DNA of 64,000 nt from an uncultured bacterium (GTDB lineage Bacteria; Pseudomonadota; Gammaproteobacteria; Burkholderiales; SG8-39), in contig CBDDRQ010000222.1 in NCBI GenBank assembly GCA_965233125.1, positions 7,806 through 71,805 of the forward strand, in the 5' to 3' direction. How positions within the stretch are numbered: the stretch's first letter is position 1; every line of letters starts with the position of its first letter. A program made the position numbers and the translations under genes. This document shows positions 54,689 to 62,814 of the stretch, in pieces. The notes beneath the pieces were generated by a model. It was not told where the DNA came from. It was given only the letters and a program-made list of their open reading frames with translations, and did no database searches.

Positions 54689-55995
54689 AAGGCTTGGTCT
54701 TTCTAATGGGGTTCTTCCTTGGTACAGCGTTCGCGGAGACGCCACTGCCGCCGCAGTCGCCGCACAAAACCCTCGGCGTCGCCACGTGCGCCTCGAGCCT
54801 GTGCCACGGCTCGGTGCAGCCCTGGAGCGACGGCAAGATCCGCCAGGACGAGTACGTGCTGTGGTCGAGGAATGATCCGCATGCACGCAGTTACGAGGTT
54901 CTCCTGAATAAAACTTCTGAAGAGATAGTGAAAAAGCTCGGACTGCCGAAACCCGCGCACGAGACCGCCGAGTGCCTGGACTGCCACACGCACAACGTGC
55001 CGCCGGCACGGCGCGGGCCGGACTTCCTCGTCGCCGACGGCATTCAGTGCGAGGCTTGTCACGGGCCGGCCGGTGGCTGGCTGAAGAGCCACGTCGAGAA
55101 GGACGCGAAGCGGGGGGCGAGCCTCGCGCGCGGGCTCTTTCCGACGCGCAACCCGGTGCGGCGCGGCGAGCTTTGCATGAGCTGCCACTTCGGCAACGCG
55201 CAGAAGCTGGTCACGCACCGCATGATGGCCGCGGGGCATCCGCGCCTCGCCTACGAGTTCGACACCTTCACGCACCTGCAGCCGGCGCACTACGGCGGCG
55301 CACGCGGCGCCGCGGGCGCCGAGGGGCTCGCCGACGGCGTGCGCAACTGGGCGATCGGCCAGGCGCTGATGGCCGAGACGCTGCTCTGGCTGCTGGTGGA
55401 TCCGAAGCGCGGCCGCGACGGGTTCTTTCCCGAGCTGGTGCTCTTCGACTGCCACGCCTGCCATCACCCGATGTCGGACAAGCGCAACGCCGGCGCGCGC
55501 CTGGGCGTGGCGCCGGGCGCGGTGCGCCTGAACGACGCGAACCTCATCATGGTCCGCCACATCGCGCGCCGCGTCGCGCCGGGCGAGGCCGAGGCGCTCG
55601 CGCAGGCGAGCAAGGCGCTGCACGCGGCGCTCGCCGGCGGCGGCGACGTTCTTCTGCAGGCAAGAGAGTTACGTGAAAAGATAGGGACACTTGTTTCAGG
55701 GATAGAAAAACATCAATTCTCCGCGGCGGACCTGCGCGGTATCTTCCAGGGGCTGATCGACGACGGGCTGTCTGGGCATTACAGCGACTACCAGGGAGCG
55801 GAGCAGGCAGCGATGGCATTGCAGGCAATAGCGGACTTCATGGCGCGGCGCGGCCTTGCCGCGGCGCCGGCGCTGCGCCCGGCGCTCGAGCGCGTGATGG
55901 CGGCGGTGGCGAACGACGAGGCCTACCGGCCTGAGCAATTCGCCGCGGCGCTGCGCGAGCTGCGCGCGGGCATCGAGCAGGCGGGAAGGCAATGA
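54685..55995 (+). CDS. Periplasmic multihaem cytochrome c (c554-like), 4 CXXCH + 1 CX4CH
   Basis: GTGA overlap. Signal peptide. CASSLCH, CLDCH, CEACH, CMSCH, CHACH. Helical C-terminal half. Confidence 0.7.
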   Translation: MKGLVFLMGFFLGTAFAETPLPPQSPHKTLGVATCASSLCHGSVQPWSDGKIRQDEYVLWSRNDPHARSYEVLLNKTSEEIVKKLGLPKPAHETAECLDCHTHNVPPARRGPDFLVADGIQCEACHGPAGGWLKSHVEKDAKRGASLARGLFPTRNPVRRGELCMSCHFGNAQKLVTHRMMAAGHPRLAYEFDTFTHLQPAHYGGARGAAGAEGLADGVRNWAIGQALMAETLLWLLVDPKRGRDGFFPELVLFDCHACHHPMSDKRNAGARLGVAPGAVRLNDANLIMVRHIARRVAPGEAEALAQASKALHAALAGGGDVLLQARELREKIGTLVSGIEKHQFSAADLRGIFQGLIDDGLSGHYSDYQGAEQAAMALQAIADFMARRGLAAAPALRPALERVMAAVANDEAYRPEQFAAALRELRAGIEQAGRQ

Positions 55996-58391
55996 ACAAG
56001 ATAACGATCGCGGTGGTGGGCTCCGGGCCGGCGGGACTCTCCTGCGCCGCGCGCGCGGCGGAGAACGGCGTCGCGCACGTGCTGCTCGAGTCGGGGGAGG
56101 CGCTCTCCACCACCATCCAGCGCTACCAGAAGGGCAAGCACGTGATGGCCGAGCCTTCCGTGCTGCCGCTGCGGGCGGCTGTCGGCTTCCAGGCGGGGAA
56201 GCGCGAGCAGGTGCTGGGCACTTGGGAAAAGGATCTTCTAGGTAGAAAAGTCAATGTGCACTTCCGCTCGGGTGTGAAAAGCATTCGCGGCGAGAAGGGC
56301 GCCTTCGAGATTGAGACGGCGGCGGGGGAGACCTGGCAGGCCGAGAACGTGGTGCTGTGCATCGGGCTGCAGGGGAACCTGCGCAAGCTCGGTGTGCCGG
56401 GCGAGGACCTCGGGATGGTGCAGTACCAGCTCGACGACGCCGGCGCCTTCAAGGGCGAGACGATCGTGGTGGTGGGCGGGGGCGACGCGGCGATCGAGAA
56501 CGCGCTCGCGCTCGCCGACGCGGGGAACCGCGTCATCATGCTCAACCGCACCGAGGAATTCGCGCGCGCGAAGCAGGGCAACCTCGACCTGGTCCTCGAG
56601 GCGATCCGCGAGGGCGGGATCGAGTGCCGCTACAGCACCTCCGCGGTGCGGGTGGAGGAGGTGCCCACCGAGGGCAAGCGCGGGCGCTTCGTCGTGCTCG
56701 GGCCGCAGGGGGAAGGCGTCATCGCCTGCGACCGCATCATCGCTCGCCTTGGCGCCATTCCTCCGCGAAAGCTCGTGGAGAGCTTCGGCGTGAAGTTCCC
56801 CAGCGCCGACGCCGACGCGGTGCCGCGCCTGTCGGTGAACTACGAGTCGAACGTGCCGGGGCTCTACATCATCGGCGCGCTCGCCGGCTATCCGCTCATC
56901 AAGCAGTGCCTGAACCAGGGCTACGACGCGGTGGAATTCATCCTCGGGCGCGACCTCAAGCCCGTCGACGAGCCGCTGCTCAAGCAGAAGTTCGCGAACT
57001 TCCCGCGCGACGGCGGCGTCTCGCGCGCGCTCGCGCTGGTGCAGAAGCAGGTGCCGCTGTTCGCCGACATGAGCATCCTGCAGCTGCGGGAATTCATGCT
57101 CGAGAGCGAGGTGCACGCGCTCAAGCCGGGCAAGGTGATCTTCAACAAGGGCGACTACACCAACAGCTTCTTCTCGATCCTCGAGGGCGAGGTGCTGGTG
57201 GAGCTGCCCGCCAAGGAGGGCAAGGTCGAGCACCTGCGCCTGGGGCGCGGCGAGTTCTTCGGCGAGCTGGGGCTCCTCTCGGGCCGGCGCCGCTCGAGCA
57301 CGGTGCGCGCGGGCAAGGGCTGCATCCTCATCGAGTCGCCGCGGCGCTCGATGCTGCGCCTCATGGGCAACGTCGAGTCGGTGAAGCGCAAGATCGACCA
57401 GACCTTCCTGCGCCGCGCGGTGCGCGCCTACATCGCGCCCTGGGTCTCGCACGCCGACCTCGACGAGATGATCGCCGAGGCGACGGTGAAGACCTTCCCC
57501 GCGGGCGCGACGCTCTTCAGCGAGGGCGACGAGCCCGACGGGCTGCACCTCATCCGCAAGGGCTCGGTGACGATCTCGCGCACCATCGGCGGCAAGGACG
57601 TGGTGCTCTCCTACGTCGCCGCCGGCAACTACGTCGGCGAGATGGCGCTCATGTCGGAGGCGAAGCGCACGGCGACGGTGCGCGCCGCGGTGACCACCGA
57701 GACGATCGTGCTGCCGCCGCTGCAGTTCCGGCAGGTGCTCGAGCGCAACCAGACGATGCGCGGCGGCATCGAGGCGCAGGTGCTGCAGCGCCTCACGCAG
57801 AACGTGAAGCTGGAGGAGTCCGACGCCGGCAGCCTGATGAGCTTCCTCGTCGCCCAGGGCCTGGGCGAGGCGACCGACGTGCTGCTCATCGACGAGGGCC
57901 TGTGCATCCGCTGCGACAACTGCGAGAAGGCCTGCGCCGACACCCACCAGGGCAGCTCGCGCCTGGACCGCCAGGCGGGGCCGACCTTCGCCAACATCCA
58001 CGTGCCGACCTCGTGCCGGCACTGCGAGAACCCGCGCTGCATGAAAGACTGCCCGCCGGACGCGATCCACCGCAACCCGAACGGCGAGGTCTACATCCAG
58101 GACACCTGCATCGGCTGCGGCAACTGCCAGAAGAACTGCCCCTACGGCGTGATCCAGATGGCCCCGGCCGCCGGCAGCAGCCGCCCGAGCCTGTGGGCGT
58201 GGCTCCTCACCGGCCTCACCGACGAGCCGGGGCGCCGGCAGGTGAAGTCGACCAAGGACGAGCAGAAGGTCGCGGTGAAGTGCGACATGTGCAAGGAGCT
58301 CTCCGGCGGGCCGGCCTGCGTGCGCGCCTGCCCCACGGGCGCGGCGATCCGGGTCAGCCCGGAGCGCTTCCTCGACTACACCGGTCGCTGA
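55992..58391 (+). CDS. Flavoprotein (FAD/NAD(P) dinucleotide-binding pair) + two cNMP-binding domains + polyferredoxin (4 Cys clusters)
   Basis: VVGSGPAGLSCA and VVVGGGDAAIENA Rossmann motifs with no CxxC redox pair. FGELGLLSGRRRSSTVRA and VGEMALMSEAKRTATVRA (cNMP phosphate-binding cassettes). CIRCDNCEKAC, CRHCENPRCMKDCP, CIGCGNCQKNCP, CDMC...CVRACP. Confidence 0.75.
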   Translation: MNKITIAVVGSGPAGLSCAARAAENGVAHVLLESGEALSTTIQRYQKGKHVMAEPSVLPLRAAVGFQAGKREQVLGTWEKDLLGRKVNVHFRSGVKSIRGEKGAFEIETAAGETWQAENVVLCIGLQGNLRKLGVPGEDLGMVQYQLDDAGAFKGETIVVVGGGDAAIENALALADAGNRVIMLNRTEEFARAKQGNLDLVLEAIREGGIECRYSTSAVRVEEVPTEGKRGRFVVLGPQGEGVIACDRIIARLGAIPPRKLVESFGVKFPSADADAVPRLSVNYESNVPGLYIIGALAGYPLIKQCLNQGYDAVEFILGRDLKPVDEPLLKQKFANFPRDGGVSRALALVQKQVPLFADMSILQLREFMLESEVHALKPGKVIFNKGDYTNSFFSILEGEVLVELPAKEGKVEHLRLGRGEFFGELGLLSGRRRSSTVRAGKGCILIESPRRSMLRLMGNVESVKRKIDQTFLRRAVRAYIAPWVSHADLDEMIAEATVKTFPAGATLFSEGDEPDGLHLIRKGSVTISRTIGGKDVVLSYVAAGNYVGEMALMSEAKRTATVRAAVTTETIVLPPLQFRQVLERNQTMRGGIEAQVLQRLTQNVKLEESDAGSLMSFLVAQGLGEATDVLLIDEGLCIRCDNCEKACADTHQGSSRLDRQAGPTFANIHVPTSCRHCENPRCMKDCPPDAIHRNPNGEVYIQDTCIGCGNCQKNCPYGVIQMAPAAGSSRPSLWAWLLTGLTDEPGRRQVKSTKDEQKVAVKCDMCKELSGGPACVRACPTGAAIRVSPERFLDYTGR

Positions 58392-58474
58392 CAAGCAGCC
58401 AAATCAGTTTTGCCCCATACTAATAAGGCCTTAGAGCTTAACGCTCAAGTAAAAAAGAAGATTAGGGGGCAAAG

Positions 58475-59692
58475 ATGGGGGCGATTCACCGCATCCTGCT
58501 GATCCTGGCGATCGGCGGTTCGTGTTTTTTTTCCGCTGTCCACGCGCAGCCCGCCGGCACCGTGATGAGCGTCGAATCGCTCGAGGGCGAGGTCCTCGCC
58601 GGCGGCGCGCCCATCTTCCGCGGCCAGCGCCTTCGCCCCGGCACCCGCATCACCACGGGCCCGGGCGCGTCGATCGCGCTGCGCTTCGACGACGGCATGT
58701 ACGTGGTGCTCAATGAGCTCACGATCCTCGTCCCGGTGGATTTCCGCGCCAGCACCCGCGCGGTGTTCAACCTGCTGAGCGGCGCTGTGCGCGTGCGCAC
58801 GGGCGAGGTTGCGCGCTCGAATCCGAAGCAGTTCATCTTCCGCACCAGCCAGGCGCAGCTCGGCGTCGAGGGGCCGGCAGACTTCAGCGTCGCCGTCTCC
58901 GACGCCGCCTACCTGAACGTGGCGAGCGGCACCGTCATCGCCGTGAACACCGCCGGCACGAGCCGCATCGCGGCAGGCAGCACCGCCCGCGTGCCGAGCG
59001 CGGCCAGCCCCGCGAGCGTCGTCGCGCTCGCCTCGCTGCCCGCTTCCATCTCGAGCGCTTTCCGGGTGATGGAGCTGCTGCCGGGGTCGGCCGCCGCCGA
59101 CGCGCCGCCAGCGCCGGTCGCCGCCGCGCCGGCGCCCGCAGCCGAGGCGCCCGCAGGGACGGCGACGCCCCCGGACCCCCAGACGCCAAAGATGTGGGTC
59201 GGCGTGAGTGTCGGCCAGGTCAAATTCGACGAAGGGCTGACCTCGCGCCTCATCACCTCCGGCACCGTCGATGGCGAGGCCACCGGCTTCAAGCTCTTCG
59301 CAGGCTACGCCTTCCACCGCAACTTCGGCGTCGAGGTCGGCTATGCCGACCTGGGCGAGGCGAGCTACAGCGGCAGCTTCAACGGCACGCCGATCACCGG
59401 GGGCAAGCTCCAGGTCGGCGGCCTCGACGCCGCGCTCCTCGCGCGCGCCTCTCTCGGCGAGCGGTTGACGCTGTTCGGCAAGGTCGGCGTGTTTGTCTGG
59501 GAGGCGGAAGCCACCGACACCGCGGCCGGCGTCCCTTTCACGGCGAAGACCGACGGCAACGACGCCTTCTTCGGCCTCGGCGCCGCATATGCGATCACGC
59601 GGGCAGCCGCCGTGCGCCTCGAGGCGGAAGGCCGCAAGGTCGGCAACGACTCGGTCAACCTCCTCTCGATCGGCCTCGAGCTCCGCTTCTAA
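58475..59692 (+). CDS. FecR-domain protein fused to an OmpA-like/OMP beta-barrel domain
   Basis: Signal peptide. The N-terminus is paralogous to 8185-8952 (IALRFDDGMYVVLNE...FIFRTSQAQLGVEG). C-terminal WVGVSVGQ...FKLFAGYAF...VEVGYADLG...LSIGLELRF. Confidence 0.65.
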   Translation: MGAIHRILLILAIGGSCFFSAVHAQPAGTVMSVESLEGEVLAGGAPIFRGQRLRPGTRITTGPGASIALRFDDGMYVVLNELTILVPVDFRASTRAVFNLLSGAVRVRTGEVARSNPKQFIFRTSQAQLGVEGPADFSVAVSDAAYLNVASGTVIAVNTAGTSRIAAGSTARVPSAASPASVVALASLPASISSAFRVMELLPGSAAADAPPAPVAAAPAPAAEAPAGTATPPDPQTPKMWVGVSVGQVKFDEGLTSRLITSGTVDGEATGFKLFAGYAFHRNFGVEVGYADLGEASYSGSFNGTPITGGKLQVGGLDAALLARASLGERLTLFGKVGVFVWEAEATDTAAGVPFTAKTDGNDAFFGLGAAYAITRAAAVRLEAEGRKVGNDSVNLLSIGLELRF

Positions 59693-59712
59693 AGCGCACA
59701 GCAACCCTTTCC

Positions 59713-60156
59713 ATGCGGCTGAAGATCATTCCCAAGACGGAGCTGTCGCCACCACAGCTTCATGATGCGGCGCTGCGCATCTTCGCGCCCGAGCACGCGT
59801 GCGACATCGGACCGCAGTATTTCTGGAACCGGCCCGAGCGCGACCGCCACCATTTCGCCCTTTTCGATGCCGAGTCCGAAGAGTTCGTCGGGACGGTGTA
59901 TTGCGTCGTCACTCCGCCGGTAGCGCAGGATTTCACCTGGTGGCTCGACTCCCGGATGCGCAAGAAGGGCTATTGGCGCGCGCTCGCGGACGATCTGGCC
60001 GCGTATCTCAGGAAAAGGCGCGGGGTGGAGAAGGTCGGATTCATCGTTTTCGGGAAGCACAATCCCGAGGCTTCGCAGAAGATCGCGCAGCGTCTTCGCA
60101 GTCACTTCGACAAGGCGGCGACGATCGGCGAGGCAAGCGCGGGTCGCGCGCGCTAG
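59713..60156 (+). CDS. Hypothetical protein (147 aa), weak GNAT-like motif
   Basis: MRKKGYWRALADDL resembles GNAT motif A. Otherwise unassigned. Confidence 0.35.
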   Translation: MRLKIIPKTELSPPQLHDAALRIFAPEHACDIGPQYFWNRPERDRHHFALFDAESEEFVGTVYCVVTPPVAQDFTWWLDSRMRKKGYWRALADDLAAYLRKRRGVEKVGFIVFGKHNPEASQKIAQRLRSHFDKAATIGEASAGRAR

Positions 60157-60617
60157 TGGGTGGCTCGCGGGGCGGACTCTTCCATCGAGCGTGAAGTATT
60201 CGCCGTCACCCTCACGTTCACGCCTTCGAGCCTTTGCACCGCGCCGAGGTTCTCGTTCATGCGGCGCAAGCGCTCCACCACCGCCTTCAGCACGTAGCGG
60301 CTGAAGGCCGGGGTTTCGTGCACCAGGAGATCGAATTCCGCGACGCCGATGGGAACCAGTCTCGAGCGCGTGCGCGTTACGACGGTGGCGCTGCGGGGCT
60401 TCTGGTCGACCAAAGCCATTTCTCCAAGGAGCGACCCCGGCCCGGCGATCTCGACGATGGTGGAGCCGACGAGGATGTTGGCGTACCCCTCCATCACGAC
60501 GTACATGACCTCGCCCGGATCGCCGGACTTGAAAAGCTCGACTCCGGCCGGCAGGCTGACGACCTTCGCCGCCTGCCGGAAATGCTCGATGACATCGAAC
60601 GGCCGCCTGGCTTCCAT
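60153..60617 (-). CDS. Stand-alone cyclic-nucleotide-binding domain protein (no HTH)
   Basis: ATG 60617 with RBS ggaaggggg. LFKSGDPGEVMYVVMEGYANI...GSLLGEMALVDQKPRSATVV. Confidence 0.7.
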   Translation of the reverse strand: MEARRPFDVIEHFRQAAKVVSLPAGVELFKSGDPGEVMYVVMEGYANILVGSTIVEIAGPGSLLGEMALVDQKPRSATVVTRTRSRLVPIGVAEFDLLVHETPAFSRYVLKAVVERLRRMNENLGAVQRLEGVNVRVTANTSRSMEESAPRATH

Positions 60618-61021
60618 GGAGCCCCCTTCCGTAGCGATGCCTATGGTCCCCCGCGGGCGATTGTCGGTCAATGGAGAAGCATAGTAGGAACCTCCCATTC
60701 ACACGCCGATCGCCCGCGGGCATGATCTCGGGCCGACTATGCTCCCCGCAATCCCCCGCAAACTCGTCGACCAACCCAGCGCGAACGACAGGCTGTTTCA
60801 TGGTCGATCGGACGTCCAGGTACCCCGGCCGTCAGGCGGACGTATTGCGACTGCCTACCTGGACGTGGCGAGCGCGCGCATCGAGGTGCATTACGCCCGC
60901 GAGGCAGTCCTTCGAGAACGGGATCTACTTCACCGGCTCGGGCTGTTGCGACCATCCGCTTAGAGCTGTCATTGTTTGCAAGCCGCCGCGCCGGCGCCAT
61001 CCCGCGCGCCTAAGATGCGGC

Positions 61022-61162
61022 ATGGACGAGTGGAACCCCATGTTGTCGCAGCGGGTAGCCGAAACCGAAGACCGCCACGCGGAGGTGCGAGAACGCGTCA
61101 ACGCCGCCATTATCGGCCTGGTGGTCGCGCTCGGATTGGTCGGCTGGCTGCTGAGCCTCTAG
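61022..61162 (+). CDS. Possible 46-aa single-TM peptide
   Basis: MDEWNPMLSQRVAETEDRHAEVRERVNAAIIGLVVALGLVGWLLSL. A strong terminator lies ~55 nt downstream. Confidence 0.3.
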   Translation: MDEWNPMLSQRVAETEDRHAEVRERVNAAIIGLVVALGLVGWLLSL

Positions 61163-61215
61163 GGAGAGCGCAGATGACGACCGCTGCCGCGTAAACGACC
61201 GCGCAGCGTTCCTTC

Positions 61216-61244
61216 AACCCCGCTTCGGCGGGGTTTTTTGTTTC
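61216..61244 (+). terminator. Rho-independent terminator
   Basis: aaccccgc-ttcg-gcggggtt followed by ttttttgtttc. Confidence 0.8.
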
Positions 61245-61354
61245 GAGGGTGTTTCGCGAATTTTCATCCGAGCGCCCAGATCGGTCAGGAATTCCTTACA
61301 GACACGCCTCGGCCGTGAATCTAAGCTGCCAGGACGCAATTGTCGCGAGAGCAG

Positions 61355-61672
61355 ATGGCCAAGAATAAAAGCGGCGCGCCCGAGAGCGAGTCGGATGCGG
61401 AACTGGTTGCGCACCTGGTGCGGTTGAGCGGCCGCAGCATCAGGAGCAAGAAGGACATCGCCGACTACGTCGACGAGCTTTCGCGAAAGGCCAACGAGCG
61501 ACGCGCGAAGAGCCAGCACCTGAAGAATTTCTTGCTGGCGGCGCTTTTCATGGTCGCCGCAGCGCAGTACTACTTCCTCGAAGTACAGCTCGAGATCCTG
61601 TCGCAGCCGACCCTGACTGTCTTCGTTCCCCTAAAGGATGCGGGGCCGCAGCGACGATACGTGGGTGGCTAA
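61355..61672 (+). CDS. Small membrane protein, paralogue of 38040-38555
   Basis: ELVAHLVRLSGRSIRSKKDIADYVDELSRKANERR...FLLAALFMVAAAQYYFLEVQLEILSQPTLTVFVP. Confidence 0.6.
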   Translation: MAKNKSGAPESESDAELVAHLVRLSGRSIRSKKDIADYVDELSRKANERRAKSQHLKNFLLAALFMVAAAQYYFLEVQLEILSQPTLTVFVPLKDAGPQRRYVGG

Positions 61673-61818
61673 GGAACACGCTATCGAGGCCGCCCAGCGA
61701 GACCTTCCCTTGGCAGGCGTTCAAGGCGAGGTCGTCGACGTTGAACTCCTTCGAGTCGGGCGCGTACTGGTCACACTGCGCGACGGCAGGAGTATCGCCG
61801 TGGACCGGTGGCTGGCAG

Positions 61819-62255
61819 TCAAGCTGCGAACGCTTCTTCAGCAGCGCTTTCCGCGTTGATCCTGGAGGCCGTGCGCATCCCGGAGATCAGGGGCAGGTCC
61901 TTCGCGTCGTCGAGCACGTGTGTGCGAACGACTCCCGCGGCGTCCGTGGCCGCAAGGCCCCATTGTCCCCACTGACCCATGTACGGCGTTCGCACCGCGT
62001 AAAGGTTCGGGAACCAAGGCGAGGGCGCGAAGTTCAGCGCGTAATCCAGCCCGCCGCCCGAGACGTGCGTCGCAGAGACGCTCGTCCCGTCGCCGGAGAA
62101 GGTAGCACGCTCGTCGAGCCCATGACGAACGAATAGTCGCCGTCCCAGAACGATGTCGCGCCACGGCGCTCGGTGAAGAGGGAAGTAGTGGCCAGGGGCA
62201 GCAGGAAGCTCCCGACGAGCACGATGCAGATGCGCTTACCGAGCGTGGCAACCAT
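61819..62255 (-). pseudogene. Possible frameshifted gene for a secreted protein
   Basis: Signal-peptide ORF MVATLGKRICIVLVGSFLLPLATT...SFVMGSTS continues sensibly only in another frame (ATFSGDGTSVSATHVSGGGLDYALNFAPSPWFPNLYAVRTPYMGQWGQWG...). The shift is near 62105. Confidence 0.35.
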
Positions 62256-62499
62256 GGCTGCGTGCGGGAAGATGCTTGCATGGCGCCAAACATTCGAACA
62301 TCCCATGCCCATGGGACCGTCGAGGAGGTAGGCGACGCCCGCGGACTGCCGACCGCAACACCGGCATAGGAGAAACCTCTCATGCGGGCGCGATTCGAGC
62401 CGTGTCTTCGTAGCGTTGTCGAGAACATCCGACAGCCGAATAGGGCATATGCCTAGGCCGGGGCCCTGTAAGCGCGGACGATGCCGCGTGGGCTCAAGC

Positions 62500-62741
62500 A
62501 TTCAGGCACAGGTCTTCCAATGCGCCGCTGAGATCCTCGGTGGTCACGGCGACTGTGCGACCGTCTGCGCATCTCGCCGCGCGACTTGGCGCGCTGAGTG
62601 CCCAACCAGGAAACCTCTCTGCTGCTGGTTTTCTTCCTCGCGGTCGACATCCTGCCGGCGAGTGACCAGGAGTTCGGCGCGATCTTCAGTGTGCGCAGCG
62701 TAGCGCGCGCGTGCATTGGCCGCAACCCACTGGCTCCGTGA
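62500..62741 (+). pseudogene. Decayed paralogue of the 36435-36662 small ORF
   Basis: IQAQVFQCAAEILGG / LCDRLRISPRDLAR*VPNQETSLLLVFFLAVDILPASDQEFGAIFS. ATT stands where the paralogue has ATG. One frameshift after GG. In-frame TGA (62595-62597) at the conserved Trp. Confidence 0.6.
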
Positions 62742-62814
62742 GCACCTGCTGCCATTGGGCGCTCATGACGTCGTCGAGGGATCGGTTTCTACAAATAGGG
62801 CTGGGAGAGTCCTG

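Noticed and set aside
55992-56900. Calling the N-terminal flavoprotein module a thioredoxin reductase.
   Set aside because: The two dinucleotide-binding motifs fit, but the redox-active CxxC between them is absent. Only a generic pyridine-nucleotide-disulfide-oxidoreductase-like flavoprotein call is justified.
61638-61859. 73-aa + strand ORF (MRGRSDDTWVAKEH...) overlapping the end of 61355-61672.
   Set aside because: No RBS, no recognisable family, and mixed codon bias. It overlaps the 3' end of the candidate frameshifted minus-strand gene. I could not support it as a gene.
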